From Spirochaetota bacterium (GTDB lineage: Bacteria > Spirochaetota > UBA6919 > CBDBPB01): a DNA stretch of 64,000 nucleotides. The notes under the pieces were generated by a model. It saw only the letters and a list, made by a program, of their open reading frames with translations. It was not told the DNA's origin and made no database searches. The stretch covers positions 160,001 to 224,000 of the forward strand of contig CBDBPB010000006.1 of assembly GCA_965208615.1 (NCBI GenBank), given 5' to 3'. The position numbers and the translations under genes were made by a program. Below, one piece after another: positions 31,199-43,049 of the stretch (the stretch's first letter is position 1; the number at the start of each line of letters is the position of its first letter).

Positions 31199-31936
31199 AT
31201 GATTATTTATGGTAAAAATCCTGTATGGGAATATATTACATCAAACCACCCTATCAAAGAAGTCTGGATTGAAAAAGCATTTTCAGATAAATATAAAAAT
31301 ATCATCTCTCTTTGTAATGAAAAGAACATCTCATACTCTTTAAAAAAAAAAAGCGAACTTAATAAGCTAACTCAAAAAAAACATCAAGGTCTAATCGCAA
31401 AAATATATAATAAAACTTTAACCTTTAACTCATTAAAAGAGTTTTTTAACAAGTCTAACTCCTCGCCACCCTATATATTTATCCTTTTAGATTCAATAAC
31501 TGATCCCAGAAATCTCGGTGCTATACTAAGATCTTGTGATCACTTCAATATTACTGCTGTTATTACCGCAAAAGATCGTTCTGCACCAATTACTCCAATT
31601 GTATATAAAACATCTAGCGGAGCAGTAAACCATATAAACTATATTAAAGTTACTAACCTGTCCAGAACCATAGATAGTCTTAAAAAAATGAATACATGGG
31701 TATATGGTATGGATGAAAAAGGTGACTACAACTTATATGATTGCCAGTTCAAAGGCAATATCGCTATTGTAATAGGCTCGGAAGGTAAAGGCATTAGACC
31801 TTTAATAAAAAAATCATGTGACTTTTTAGTTAAAATAAAAGGTCTAGGACATATAAGCTCCCTTAATGCCTCAGTTGCCAGCGGTATTATTATGTATGAG
31901 GTTACAAAACAAAGAAATAATGATAAAAATAATTAA
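31199..31936 (+). CDS. rlmB: 23S rRNA Gm2251 methyltransferase
   Basis: IYGKNPV, HQG, DPRNLGAILRS, GSEGKG, SLNASVA. Confidence 0.95.
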   Translation: MIIYGKNPVWEYITSNHPIKEVWIEKAFSDKYKNIISLCNEKNISYSLKKKSELNKLTQKKHQGLIAKIYNKTLTFNSLKEFFNKSNSSPPYIFILLDSITDPRNLGAILRSCDHFNITAVITAKDRSAPITPIVYKTSSGAVNHINYIKVTNLSRTIDSLKKMNTWVYGMDEKGDYNLYDCQFKGNIAIVIGSEGKGIRPLIKKSCDFLVKIKGLGHISSLNASVASGIIMYEVTKQRNNDKNN

Positions 31937-32144
31937 ATCATATTTAAGCCGAGAAATTAAAAAAAAAGATAAATCCTTTTATACTCCCAAACTTATTCTT
32001 ATTACAGCAATTATTATAACCAGCATTATAGGAGAAATAACTGAAAAAGGTATATTATTCTGGACAGCATTCTCTATAATAACAATAATAGGAATTATCA
32101 TTATAACTCTAACATATATAGCTAAAAAAAGAAATAAAAATTGA
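31920..32144 (+). CDS. Small two-TM membrane protein
   Basis: Two hydrophobic stretches; ATG 31920 overlaps the end of rlmB. Confidence 0.55.
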   Translation: MIKIIKSYLSREIKKKDKSFYTPKLILITAIIITSIIGEITEKGILFWTAFSIITIIGIIIITLTYIAKKRNKN

Positions 32145-32176
32145 CTATTACAATAAAAAAATACCATATTTATAAT

Positions 32177-34108
32177 CTATCTATTTTTTATAAATTTAAT
32201 CTTTTGCTTATCCGCCTTAATAACCAAATCAATAAACTCCCTAAACCTATTATAATCCCCTATAAAAATCCTGGGTACCCTTAGTTCAAGCTTTCTTTTA
32301 TAAAAAATAAAATTACCTCCCCTTTTTCTCACTTCTCTAAAATAACTCCACAAAGGAAAAGTTAGTCTAACCGACTTTGGTAAACTCTTAATCCGCCACT
32401 TATACGAATACTTAATTTTATGTTCTGATAATACAATAAAAGGTAGGATAAAATCAACATCATAAGCCCTACTACGGCTAAAAGGCAATAGCTTATTGTA
32501 CTGAAGCTCAGGATTAACTATGATTTCATTCTTTTTCCCTTTAGCTAAATCAACCCTAAATATAACACTATATTTAAAGGGATTGCTAATATCAAAAGGA
32601 TCGCTAGTTTTAATATTTACCAACTTAGTATTTCGAGAAAAGCTATAATGAGACTTATAGTTATGCCCCAAAGACTTAAGAGTATTTTTACTCTTTATAC
32701 CAATTATACTAGCCCTCTCACTAACCTCATAAGAACCCTTGGTAATAAAATTAGTTTTATATTTAAGTACTCCATTACTCATTAGCTCAGAATTAGTTTT
32801 ATAAATTATTTTATTATCATTTTGGGATATTAAAGGTACTCTATTAATAACCGGCTTATTACCTGTTATTAAAACTATCTTCCCATAAACCTTAGCCGGT
32901 AGATAACCATAAGGTACTAAAGCAGAATACGGATCCAAAAATAAATAACCCTTATCCTTTGGAACAGCCACTAAAACTCTATTAAGTCCTTTTAATAGAG
33001 GAATATCATTATCAAAGTCAAATAACTCATTTGTAACAGCTATTTTAGCATTAATATTCACCGCTCTAAGAAGGTTCACTAAAAGAATAGACTTATCTAA
33101 AGAATCCCCATATTTTAAAGCCAAAACCTTAGCCGAAGAACTAGGAATATAACCCCTTATTCCAAAAGGAATAGCTATATTAGTTATGTTTTTTGTGTTT
33201 GTAACAAAATTATATAGTATTTCTGCCTTCTTTTCTGGGCTTATACCCTTTGTAAGCCTTTTAGCAGTCATAGTAACCATATTGTTATTATAAATACCAG
33301 ATGAAATTATAGAATAAAGCTTAGTGTTTAACTCATCCCATGTATGAGTAGTAGAAAAAATAAGCCTAGGACTAACCTCCTTATAACTTATCTGAAAAGG
33401 CTTATGACTAATAACCTTAATGTTATCCCTAACTAATACATAATAATCCATTTTATCACTAACAAACTTCCTAGGCCTAATAGCTGTCTTTATAGACTTA
33501 AACCATATCCTTTTTCCCTTAGGTAAAATTATAACCAGCTTCTGCCTTAAAATATGATTGGGATTATTAAAATAAAATACTCCCTCAACAAAACTTCCAA
33601 AATCTGAGTGGTCAACCTCTAATATATAACGTAAATTTAAAATTGAACCCTTTTCTATGTTAGAAAATGAAATTACCTTTACCCTTATGTTTTTATATAA
33701 TCCTAAGTTATAATATGAATTATGAAAAGGTGCAGAAGTATAAACCTTTTTAGCCTTTATTTTTTTATTGTCCTTTGTTATGGTATATGCCTCAATCTTA
33801 GAGATACGCTCATAGGCATTTTTAAAATATATAAAACTATTACCAATACCATCTTTTCTGTCAGTCAAAACCTTAATAACTTGATGAGTCTCAATACTAA
33901 GCTTATTCCTCAAAGATAAACGATAAACTGTCTTTTTTAGAAGAACTAAAAAATCACCAGAACTATTTATTTTATCCGCTCTCGAAAAAAGCTCCTTTAT
34001 GTTAACCCTTGTAATAGGATCATCAATAAACTCCGGCTTATAAGCCTTTTTACTAATACAGCTTGTAAAAACTAAAATTAAATATAAAAATATAATAGTC
34101 TTCTTCAT
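32177..34108 (-). CDS. DUF3857/transglutaminase-like lipoprotein (catalytically degenerate)
   Basis: Lipobox FTS-C, DUF3857-like N-terminus, ILYNFV..KYGDSLDKSILL..LNRVLVAV..FLDP. Confidence 0.8.
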   Translation of the reverse strand: MKKTIIFLYLILVFTSCISKKAYKPEFIDDPITRVNIKELFSRADKINSSGDFLVLLKKTVYRLSLRNKLSIETHQVIKVLTDRKDGIGNSFIYFKNAYERISKIEAYTITKDNKKIKAKKVYTSAPFHNSYYNLGLYKNIRVKVISFSNIEKGSILNLRYILEVDHSDFGSFVEGVFYFNNPNHILRQKLVIILPKGKRIWFKSIKTAIRPRKFVSDKMDYYVLVRDNIKVISHKPFQISYKEVSPRLIFSTTHTWDELNTKLYSIISSGIYNNNMVTMTAKRLTKGISPEKKAEILYNFVTNTKNITNIAIPFGIRGYIPSSSAKVLALKYGDSLDKSILLVNLLRAVNINAKIAVTNELFDFDNDIPLLKGLNRVLVAVPKDKGYLFLDPYSALVPYGYLPAKVYGKIVLITGNKPVINRVPLISQNDNKIIYKTNSELMSNGVLKYKTNFITKGSYEVSERASIIGIKSKNTLKSLGHNYKSHYSFSRNTKLVNIKTSDPFDISNPFKYSVIFRVDLAKGKKNEIIVNPELQYNKLLPFSRSRAYDVDFILPFIVLSEHKIKYSYKWRIKSLPKSVRLTFPLWSYFREVRKRGGNFIFYKRKLELRVPRIFIGDYNRFREFIDLVIKADKQKIKFIKNR

Positions 34109-34176
34109 ATCCTTTAACGCTATAAGCCCCTTACTAACTATGTAAAAACAAATTAACCTTAATAAACTATAAAAAG

Positions 34177-35127
34177 TTAAACAACCTTTAAATAACTATC
34201 ATAATACTCTTTATACTTTTTACCCTGCCAGGTATTTATGCTTTCTAAGTATTTGTCTATAAGAGTATTAAACTCACTCTTTTTTATATTCCAGTTAGGA
34301 GCAACAAGTAAATCTAATGGTCCAAGTCCAAACAGCCTTTGAATAATAACATCAAAAGGTAAAAGCTCTAAAGACTCAGATAGTAACTCCAAATACTCAT
34401 TAAGACTGGGTAAACTAAACTTATTATCTAAATAATATCTTTCTAATAAAGTGTTTTTAACTACATGGAGCTGGTGGATCTTAATACCGTTTATCCTAAT
34501 ATCAGACAAATACCTAACAGTATCAAGCATCATATTTTTAGTCTCTAAGGGAAGACCGTGTATAATATGAACACAAATATTAACCTTGGGTATAGCTTTA
34601 GTCTCTATATAAGTTTTGTGAAAGTCTTTAAAGGTATGTCCCCTATTAATTATTTCAAGAGTTTTATCATGCATAGACTGTAAACCATATTCCACCCACA
34701 AATAAGTCTCTTTAGACAATTCCTCAAATAACTTAAGTATATCATCATTAATACAGTCCGGCCTTGTTCCAATGGATAGCCCTATAACCTTAGGGTGAGA
34801 TATAGCCTCATAATACAAAGACTTAATATACTCCTTATCCCCATAAGTATTAGAATATGGCTGAAAATAAGCTATAAACTTATTACAGTTATAACGCTTT
34901 TTAAGATATGCAATCCCATTATTAAGCTGGTGGGTAACAGTATTTTTACTAGTACTATTAGGTTTAAAACTATTATTGTTGCAATAAATACACCCCCCAA
35001 CTGCCTTTTTACCATCCCTATTAGGACAAGTAAATCCAGCATCAATACACACCTTATAAACCTTTTCATTGAATTTGTTTTTTAAAAAACTACCAAAATT
35101 GTTATATCTTTTTTTATTTTCAAACAT
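34177..35127 (-). CDS. TIGR01212 (YhcC/YtqA) radical SAM protein
   Basis: DAGFTCPNRDG..GGCIYC, YFQPYSNTY, IGTRPDC, NRGH. Confidence 0.93.
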   Translation of the reverse strand: MFENKKRYNNFGSFLKNKFNEKVYKVCIDAGFTCPNRDGKKAVGGCIYCNNNSFKPNSTSKNTVTHQLNNGIAYLKKRYNCNKFIAYFQPYSNTYGDKEYIKSLYYEAISHPKVIGLSIGTRPDCINDDILKLFEELSKETYLWVEYGLQSMHDKTLEIINRGHTFKDFHKTYIETKAIPKVNICVHIIHGLPLETKNMMLDTVRYLSDIRINGIKIHQLHVVKNTLLERYYLDNKFSLPSLNEYLELLSESLELLPFDVIIQRLFGLGPLDLLVAPNWNIKKSEFNTLIDKYLESINTWQGKKYKEYYDSYLKVV

Positions 35128-35259
35128 TTATATATCTAACTTCTTCTAAAAAAATATTTTTATTTTTATACTTTATACTTTACACAAAATGAATATTTAT
35201 ATTTTATTAAAAATAAAACAAAAATCAAGCTTTTTATATTTACACATAATGGAGTATAT

Positions 35260-35919
35260 ATGACTTTTAAAGAAATTGCCTTTGATGTCGATGGAACGCT
35301 TTATTCATCAGAAGGTATAATACTAACAGCTTATGAACAAGGCATAAACAGCTTTAATAGCAAATATCCAAACTATAACATAAAAATACCATCCCTTAAC
35401 AACCTACTAAACCTTATTGGCTATCCTATAGACTACATTTATGAAAACTTATTCCCCAAACTATCCCCTGATGAGCGAACTAACTTAAGAAAGCTTATTG
35501 AAAATAAACTCCTTAACGCTATAAAAAATAAAAATGGTATACTATTCAATGGAGTATATGAGACATTAGAATATCTAAATAATAAAAAATATAAATTATT
35601 TATAGCATCCAATGGAGGATTCCCATATTTAAATTTAATCCTAAAAACATACAAAATTAAAAAGTTCTTTCAGCCGATTATAACCATAAATAACATAAAT
35701 ATATGCAATAAAGGTGATATATTATTAGAATACCAAAAAACTGCTAACCTTAATCCTAACTCAACACTAATGGTCGGAGACAGACTTTCTGACCTAGAAG
35801 CCGCTAATAAATTAGGGTGTAGGTTTATAGGCTGTAGTTATGGACATGGTAATAATAATGAAATTAAATCTGCCGATATTATTATATCCAGAATATCAGA
35901 TATAATTTACAATATTTAA
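35260..35919 (+). CDS. HAD-family phosphatase
   Basis: FDVDGTL, IASNG, MVGDRLSDLEAA. Confidence 0.92.
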   Translation: MTFKEIAFDVDGTLYSSEGIILTAYEQGINSFNSKYPNYNIKIPSLNNLLNLIGYPIDYIYENLFPKLSPDERTNLRKLIENKLLNAIKNKNGILFNGVYETLEYLNNKKYKLFIASNGGFPYLNLILKTYKIKKFFQPIITINNINICNKGDILLEYQKTANLNPNSTLMVGDRLSDLEAANKLGCRFIGCSYGHGNNNEIKSADIIISRISDIIYNI

Positions 35920-36041
35920 AAGTATTAAGCTGTTTTATATTTTTAAATAAATAATTTGCAATTCCTTGCATAACATATTAACTTTTAAGGAATTAACTTT
36001 TTAAATAAAAGTTATTTATTACTAAACAAATAGAATAAATT

Positions 36042-36518
36042 ATGAACCAATATACAGATAAAAAAATAGACTTTTATAAAAATATCATTATTACAGATAA
36101 ACAACATGATCTAGTCTATACTAAACCTATATCGCATAGTAATAGTGGATGCTATTTTAAAAGAATAAGCCATAAAAACAAGTTAATTATTTTAGAATAT
36201 ATAAATAATAAAATAATAAAAAAATATAGCTATAGCAGTAAAGGTAACCTGTCTTTACTAACCAGCTATAACAATGGTAATAAAAATTATATTATTACTA
36301 CTTTCTATGATTATTCCCTATCAAAAAAACGTATAAAAGAAAAACGTTTCTATACTAATAAATACAAATATCTAAAAAAAGAACAGTATGATAAAAATAA
36401 TTATCTTATCCTAATAACGTATTTTGTAAAGGGAATACCATATTATAAAGAAAGATTTAATGATGGATTTCTTATTAGCTCTAACTATTATAACGAAAAA
36501 GGTCTTAAAATAGTTTAA
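36042..36518 (+). CDS. Hypothetical Tyr/Lys-rich beta-hairpin repeat protein
   Basis: 158-aa ORF with repeated Y.Y...G.L-like units. Confidence 0.55.
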   Translation: MNQYTDKKIDFYKNIIITDKQHDLVYTKPISHSNSGCYFKRISHKNKLIILEYINNKIIKKYSYSSKGNLSLLTSYNNGNKNYIITTFYDYSLSKKRIKEKRFYTNKYKYLKKEQYDKNNYLILITYFVKGIPYYKERFNDGFLISSNYYNEKGLKIV

Positions 36519-36537
36519 AACCAACTCTATTCGTAAT

Positions 36538-37497
36538 TTATTTATGATCGTGGGTATTAAAATCCTTTTTGTTATTATTAGGCTTTTCCTTAGCTAAAGA
36601 TTTCTTAAAAAAGAAGTCTTCTTTTTTGTTCAAAGAACTATAAATGTAAGATGGAACCTCATAAACAACTTTATCACCGTCTAGTTTGGCGTATACTTTT
36701 TGATTATACTCTGTAATAAGTAATTTATATAACTTAGCTTTCGTTTTAATTGTTAGCAATAAAACCTTATTATTAAAAGATATGCTTTTTTGTTTATCCT
36801 TCTCATCAAGAAAGTTAATGGCTTTAACGTTTGAAATATTATTAATATACTCTTTTATCTTGCTATCATCAAGCGGCTTATCTTTATTTTGAACTGTCCA
36901 GTTATCCTTATCTTTAATAAGATATATGTTGTTTGACTTAACCTCTCTTATATTGTTTTCAGCTAACTTTAGAAAATCCTTATCACGAAAGTCCTTTAAC
37001 GATTTACTCAAACCACTTTCACCTAAATCATGCTGTGAAAGAACATATACCTTATTAGAACTGTCAATCTTTGCATAATAACTAGAGCCATCCGGAGCTT
37101 TATTCCCACGAATAATAAGGTACTCTTTCAAATCTTTAGTTTTTATTTTATAAAAGTCTTTGCTTTTATCCAAACCAAAATCATTAATGCTTTTTACGGT
37201 AAAAGATTTGCTAGCTCTAATATTAATAAACCCTTTTATAAAAGAATTAATTGTCTTAATATCCACTGCAAACCTTTTAGGAAAGGTTATCTGCCATTTT
37301 CCATTTTCTTTTTCGCAAATAACTTTCTTATTTTCAATATTAACCTCTATAGTATTAATTTCATCAGCTTTTAGCAAAAATAGTTTTTTAGCAACCTCTT
37401 TAGGCTTTTCATTATCCTTACCATTGGGACTATTTAAAACAAAGTATAATATTGCTAAAATAACCAGTATAGCTAAGTATATTAGATTTTTTTTCAT
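36538..37497 (-). CDS. DUF4340 domain protein
   Basis: N-terminal TM, W.I..P, FGLD, G..APDGSSYYA, DFRDK; duplicated unit. Confidence 0.8.
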   Translation of the reverse strand: MKKNLIYLAILVILAILYFVLNSPNGKDNEKPKEVAKKLFLLKADEINTIEVNIENKKVICEKENGKWQITFPKRFAVDIKTINSFIKGFINIRASKSFTVKSINDFGLDKSKDFYKIKTKDLKEYLIIRGNKAPDGSSYYAKIDSSNKVYVLSQHDLGESGLSKSLKDFRDKDFLKLAENNIREVKSNNIYLIKDKDNWTVQNKDKPLDDSKIKEYINNISNVKAINFLDEKDKQKSISFNNKVLLLTIKTKAKLYKLLITEYNQKVYAKLDGDKVVYEVPSYIYSSLNKKEDFFFKKSLAKEKPNNNKKDFNTHDHK

Positions 37498-37836
37498 TAC
37501 TACTCCAGTTTAGTATAATATTTTCAGATATATAAACTATATTTATCAAAAACGTTTTAACAATAATCAAAATCTATAAAAAAATCTATAAATAAAATAA
37601 ATAATTTTGGCTTTATATAAAGTTAATTTTAATAAAAAACATTTTATGAATAAAAAAGTATACTATGGTAATATGAATATTATAAAAACCCTATAGTTAA
37701 CTCATTGGATATATGTATTAGCAGTTTTATTTGATTAAATATAGTGTTTTCAACTTTGCTTTTCAAAATTTTTTATTATATTAACAACATTATAAACTTA
37801 CAAAATATTATTAAATTAGATGTTCTAGGAGAGAAG

Positions 37837-38442
37837 ATGTCTTGGTATATACCACAAGTATTTGAACAGTCAAGTAAAGGTGAGCGATTTTATGATATAT
37901 ATTCCCGATTATTAAAAGATAGAATTATTTTTATACAGTCGGCAATTGATGACTTTTATGCTAATGTCGTAGTAGGACAGTTGTTGTTCCTAGAAGCCGA
38001 TGATCCAGAAAAAGATATATATATGTATATAAATAGTCCTGGCGGCTCAGTAACCGCAGGATTAGCTATTTATGATACTATTCAATTTGTTAAACCTAAT
38101 GTCCAAACAGTATGTATAGGTCAAGCCGCTAGTATAGCGGCAGTACTATTAGCATCTGGCTCTAAAGGAAAACGATATTCTCTTCCTAATTCCAGAATTA
38201 TAATACATCAGCCATTAGGCGGTGCAACCGGACAAGCTACCGATATTGAAATACAGGCTAATGAACTTATAAGAATTAGAGATTTAGTTAATAATATCCT
38301 GGTTAACCATACTGGTAAAAGTATTGAAACAATTCAAAGAGATACAGATAGAGACTTTTTTATGGATGCCTTAGAAGCAAAAAACTATGGCATTATAGAT
38401 GCCATTTTTGAAAATAAAGGGGACAAAAATGAAGAGAGGTAA
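37837..38442 (+). CDS. clpP: ATP-dependent Clp protease proteolytic subunit
   Basis: [32 protein letters not shown]; AGGAG SD before ATG 37837. Confidence 0.99.
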   Translation: MSWYIPQVFEQSSKGERFYDIYSRLLKDRIIFIQSAIDDFYANVVVGQLLFLEADDPEKDIYMYINSPGGSVTAGLAIYDTIQFVKPNVQTVCIGQAASIAAVLLASGSKGKRYSLPNSRIIIHQPLGGATGQATDIEIQANELIRIRDLVNNILVNHTGKSIETIQRDTDRDFFMDALEAKNYGIIDAIFENKGDKNEER

Positions 38443-39709
38443 AGATAATACTATAATGAGCTGTTCTTTTTGCGGAAAAACTCAAGAAGAGGTTAAAAAG
38501 CTTGTTGCCGGACCTGATGTTTTCATTTGTGATGAGTGTATTGATACTTGCAATGACATTATAATGGAAAATCAAGAAAATAATCAAGATAACTTTATAC
38601 TAGATAAACTAATTAAACCTAAAGAAATTAAAACTCTACTCGATGACTATGTTATACTCCAAGAAGATGCTAAAAAAGCTTTATCTGTTGCCGTATACAA
38701 CCATTATAAAAGAATCCATTTTAACCAAAAACACAATAATACCAAAAAGTCTAGAGACTTTGATCACATAGAAATTGAAAAAAGTAATATATTACTAATG
38801 GGAAATACAGGAACTGGTAAAACCCTTTTAGCTAAGTCATTAGCTAGAATATTAAACGTACCTTTTGCTATAGTAGATGCAACCACTCTAACTGAAGCTG
38901 GCTATGTCGGTGAAGATGTAGAAAATATACTTCTAAAATTAATCCAAAACGCTAAAGGTGATGAAAAACAAGCTATAGAAAATGCACAAGCTGGAATAAT
39001 CTATATAGACGAAATTGATAAGGTAAGTAGAAAAAATGAAAACCCATCCATTACAAGAGATGTGTCTGGTGAGGGAGTTCAACAAGCTTTACTTAAAATA
39101 ATTGAAGGAACTATTGCCTCAGTACCCCCACATGGCGGTAGAAAACACCCCCATCAAGACCTTATAAAAATAGATACTACTAATATCCTTTTTATTTGTG
39201 GCGGAGCCTTTGTCGGACTAGATCAAATAATTCAAGACAGAATAGGAAAAAAAATGCTTGGCTTTTCTAGTACTAAAGAAAAATCTACTAGAAATATAGG
39301 AGAAAATATTCTTAATCAAGTAATTCCTGAAGACCTCGTTAAATACGGACTCATACCTGAATTTGTTGGACGTCTACCCGTCATTACTACACTAGAAGAT
39401 TTGGATAAAAATGCTCTAGTTAGAATACTTACTGAACCTAAAAATGCCTTAATAAAGCAGTATAAAAAGATTTTTGAACTGGATAACGTTGAACTAGTCT
39501 TTATGGAAGAAGCTATAGAAGCCGCCGCTGAACTAGCATTTACTCAAAAGACTGGTGCAAGAGGATTAAGATATACCCTTGAAGATGTAATGATGGAACT
39601 TATGTTTGAAATACCTTCTAAAGAGGATATTAGTAGAGTTGTCATTACAAAAGGTGTAATTGAAAAAAAAGAAGATCCTTTAGTCGTTATAAAAGAAAAA
39701 TCAGCTTAA
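38429..39709 (+). CDS. clpX: Clp protease ATP-binding subunit ClpX
   Basis: CSFCGK..ICDEC zinc domain, [30 protein letters not shown]. Confidence 0.99.
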   Translation: MKRGKDNTIMSCSFCGKTQEEVKKLVAGPDVFICDECIDTCNDIIMENQENNQDNFILDKLIKPKEIKTLLDDYVILQEDAKKALSVAVYNHYKRIHFNQKHNNTKKSRDFDHIEIEKSNILLMGNTGTGKTLLAKSLARILNVPFAIVDATTLTEAGYVGEDVENILLKLIQNAKGDEKQAIENAQAGIIYIDEIDKVSRKNENPSITRDVSGEGVQQALLKIIEGTIASVPPHGGRKHPHQDLIKIDTTNILFICGGAFVGLDQIIQDRIGKKMLGFSSTKEKSTRNIGENILNQVIPEDLVKYGLIPEFVGRLPVITTLEDLDKNALVRILTEPKNALIKQYKKIFELDNVELVFMEEAIEAAAELAFTQKTGARGLRYTLEDVMMELMFEIPSKEDISRVVITKGVIEKKEDPLVVIKEKSA

Positions 39710-41052
39710 CTTTTACTAATAAGCTCTATCACCTCTTTTATAGAGAATACACTAACTACATTATGTGTTTTAATATTAGATGAAAGCTCTTGATAATTCT
39801 TTTTAGGTATTACAATAGTTTTTATCCCCAATTTTATGGCTTCATTTACCCTTAAACGAATACCTGATACTCCCCTAATTTCTCCAGCTAAACCTAATTC
39901 TCCAATAAACAAAATAGACTTATTAAAACTTATCTTTTTAAATGCAGAATAAATTGCAACCAAAATACTAAGCTCTATACCAGGTTCTTTTACCTGAATA
40001 CCCCCTGTAATGTTTATATATACATCATTTTGTACTAAAATTAGTCCTAATATTTTTTCTAAAATAGCAATTAATTTGTGTACTTTATTAATGTCTATAC
40101 CATTTACAACCCTCTTAGGAAAAGTAAAGTGAGTAGAACTAACTAAAGCTTGAACCTCTACCAAAATAGGACGACTGCCTTCATTTATTGCCGAAAGAGT
40201 AGTACCTGAGTGAATAGGATTATAATCCTGTATAAAATGTTGAGAAGGATTGCTTATTTCTTTAAGTCCTAAATTAGTCATCTTGAAAATACCTATTTCA
40301 TCGGTAGACCCAAATCTATTTTTATAGCTCCTCAAAATCCTAAACGAGTCTTGCTTATCCCCTTCTATATAAAGTACTACATCAACAATATGCTCTAGGG
40401 CCTTTGGACCCGCAATATTACCTTCTTTAGTAACATGGCCTACCAAAAAAATAAATATATTTTCCTTTTTGGATAACTTAAGAAATAAATTAGCTCCATC
40501 TTTAATTTGTGTTAAACTTCCTGGTAGTCCTTGGGTTTCAGGACGATAAACCGTTTGTATAGAGTCTATAACCACTCCTAAAGGTTTTAGTTGTAATATA
40601 CTATCCTCTATATCTTTTAGATCTGCCTCATCAAGCAAATATATATTTTCCTGATTTATATTAAGTCGGTTACTCCTTAACTTAATTTGATATACAGACT
40701 CTTCCCCGCAGTTATATAGAATAGTACCGCTAGAACTTAGCTTCTCAACTAACTGAAGCAAAAAAGTAGACTTTCCAATACCTGGCTCTCCCCCGACTAA
40801 AATAAGAGAACCGGATACTATTCCACCACCCATAACATTATCAAACTCTTTAATATTTGTTTCTAGCCTGTTTTCTGCAATAGGGGATATGTCAGATAAA
40901 GATAAAAGTGGTATTTTATGGCTAGTTATATTAGCAGAACTGGACTCTTCAAAGCTATTCCAAGAATCACACTGAGAACATTTACCTAACCATTTTACAC
41001 TTTTATATCCACACTCTGAACAAATAAATATTTTCTTTGTTTTCTTTGACAA
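39706..41052 (-). CDS. radA: DNA repair protein RadA/Sms
   Basis: [27 protein letters not shown], Lon-like C-terminus. Confidence 0.98.
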   Translation of the reverse strand: MSKKTKKIFICSECGYKSVKWLGKCSQCDSWNSFEESSSANITSHKIPLLSLSDISPIAENRLETNIKEFDNVMGGGIVSGSLILVGGEPGIGKSTFLLQLVEKLSSSGTILYNCGEESVYQIKLRSNRLNINQENIYLLDEADLKDIEDSILQLKPLGVVIDSIQTVYRPETQGLPGSLTQIKDGANLFLKLSKKENIFIFLVGHVTKEGNIAGPKALEHIVDVVLYIEGDKQDSFRILRSYKNRFGSTDEIGIFKMTNLGLKEISNPSQHFIQDYNPIHSGTTLSAINEGSRPILVEVQALVSSTHFTFPKRVVNGIDINKVHKLIAILEKILGLILVQNDVYINITGGIQVKEPGIELSILVAIYSAFKKISFNKSILFIGELGLAGEIRGVSGIRLRVNEAIKLGIKTIVIPKKNYQELSSNIKTHNVVSVFSIKEVIELISKS

Positions 41053-42036
41053 TTAAAAAGGACCTGGCCTATATTTTTTTTTATTAGAAATAAGAGGACT
41101 GTTTTTAACCTCAATAACTAATTCATTTAAGTTTTTTATTAGCTTATTAATATTTTTAGTCATTTTCTTACTTTTAAACATTGCTCCCAGTGGTGTTTTT
41201 TCATCATCTAAGTTTTTAGCTATTTTATTTAATTTAGCAACAAACTTTTTTACCTCTTTTAAGACTGTTGAACTCTCTTTAGTAATAGTAAGTACGCCAT
41301 CTTTTTTAGAAAAGAACTTATTCATATAACCATCAGTTTTACTAACAAAAGATTGTATAGAGGTTGATAGCTTTTTTATTTCACTATTAGCAAGTAATAT
41401 AGTCTCATTTACATTATCCATTGTCTTTTTTACATGCTTATCTTTTATATCCAAAACCAGCTTATTTGAATTATCCATTAACTTATTTAAATTTTTAGAA
41501 GAAGACAAAACATTTTTTAAAATCTCTTTAATCTCTTTACCATTAACATATATCTTAATCTGTTCTAAGGTTGGATAAAGTTGATTATCCAATATATTAT
41601 TTATTGAATCTGCAATCTTTGCTACTTTTGGAATTATAGAATCCAAATCTTGTGCCTTTTTTCCTTTAAGCTTAGTATTCTCTTTTATAGGTTCACCCCC
41701 CTTTCCTAATAAGACAAATAAATATTTTTCACCTAATAAACCAGCTCCGCTTATAGAGAATGATGCAGTATCAGTTAAAACAATATCTGAATCAGTAATA
41801 ACAAAATGGACATTAGCAAACATTCCATCTATTTTTAACTTTGTAACTTTACCTATTCGAATTCCACCATTTAACTTAACATGTCCTCCTTCCATAAGGT
41901 TATTCAAGTTTTCAAATTGCACTATATAATATTTTCCACTAATTCCAAATCGTAAGTCTTTTAGAAAAAAAACTACTACAAACATACTAACTAAGGCAAG
42001 AAATATTACTATTCCAACTTTAATTTCATTCTTCAT
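41053..42036 (-). CDS. Second MCE/MlaD family protein
   Basis: EIKVG, TM, GGIRIGKV, GLLGEKYL, long helical tail. Confidence 0.88.
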   Translation of the reverse strand: MKNEIKVGIVIFLALVSMFVVVFFLKDLRFGISGKYYIVQFENLNNLMEGGHVKLNGGIRIGKVTKLKIDGMFANVHFVITDSDIVLTDTASFSISGAGLLGEKYLFVLLGKGGEPIKENTKLKGKKAQDLDSIIPKVAKIADSINNILDNQLYPTLEQIKIYVNGKEIKEILKNVLSSSKNLNKLMDNSNKLVLDIKDKHVKKTMDNVNETILLANSEIKKLSTSIQSFVSKTDGYMNKFFSKKDGVLTITKESSTVLKEVKKFVAKLNKIAKNLDDEKTPLGAMFKSKKMTKNINKLIKNLNELVIEVKNSPLISNKKKYRPGPF

Positions 42037-42289
42037 TATATATCCTTATTAATTGATTAATCATATTATTTCAGTTATAGTAATAAAACTTAACAAATTT
42101 CAATAAAAAGTATACCTTCATTCTTGTTATTCTTTGCGATTTAACAGCCTATTTATTATCACTTTTTTATAAAAAAAGTTTTTTTTATATCCAAAATTAG
42201 GTAAATTTTGAATATACCTTAGTGAATTTTAAACACTTAACTTTTAAAAACCTTTTTACTTAATTTATTATAACAACTAACTTTATTAT

Positions 42290-42763
42290 ATGGTAAATTT
42301 AACTATGAAAGAAGCAGTAAAAGTAGTAGTAACTAATCGTAGGGCTAAATTTGAATATCATATAGCAGAAAGACTAGAAGCTGGAATTATGTTAACTGGA
42401 ACTGAAGTAAAGTCTATTCGCTTATCTATGATTAACTTAAAAGATAGTTTTGCCAAGTTTATAAATGGTGAACTATGGTTAGTTAGTACACATATAACCG
42501 AGTATAAGTTCGGGAATATAAATAACCATGATCCTAAAAGAAATAGAAAACTACTATTAAACAAAAGGGAATTAAAAAAACTTTTTGTCAAAGTTAAAGA
42601 AAAGGGTTTTACATTAATCCCTTTAAGAGTTTATCTTAAAAATGGCTTTATTAAAATAGAAATAGGTGTTTGCAAGGGTAAAAAGTTATACGATAAACGA
42701 GAGTCTAGCAAAAAAAGAGAGGCTGATATAGAAATGCAAAGAAATTTAGCACGATATTCATAA
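42290..42763 (+). CDS. smpB: SsrA-binding protein
   Basis: NRRAKFEY, EAGIMLTGTEVKSIR, RKLLL, GKKLYDKR. Confidence 0.98.
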   Translation: MVNLTMKEAVKVVVTNRRAKFEYHIAERLEAGIMLTGTEVKSIRLSMINLKDSFAKFINGELWLVSTHITEYKFGNINNHDPKRNRKLLLNKRELKKLFVKVKEKGFTLIPLRVYLKNGFIKIEIGVCKGKKLYDKRESSKKREADIEMQRNLARYS

Positions 42764-43049
42764 TAAATATATTAACTCAATTGTTTTTTTATAACTATTA
42801 ATTTTCTTTTGTTATAGTCTATCCTTTATAGCTAATAAAAAAAGTATAAGCTTTTAACTTTTTTATTTTTATCATTTTTTTAAGGAAAAAACTTTTCTTA
42901 ACCTTAATTTTAGATAATATTTTAAGTATATTTTATAGGATTTTAAGCATTTAATTTTCCTAATAATATTTTTTTATTTATTGGAGTAACATAGTAAACA
43001 AATATTTTTTCTAACTTATATTATAATATATACATAAAGAGGAGGAATT

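Noticed and set aside
35955-35971. Sigma54 promoter-like TTTGCAATTCCTTGCAT
   Set aside because: Lacks the invariant -24 GG.
42764-43049. tmRNA or integrated element after smpB
   Set aside because: Extremely AT-rich, no tRNA-like ends, no integrase.
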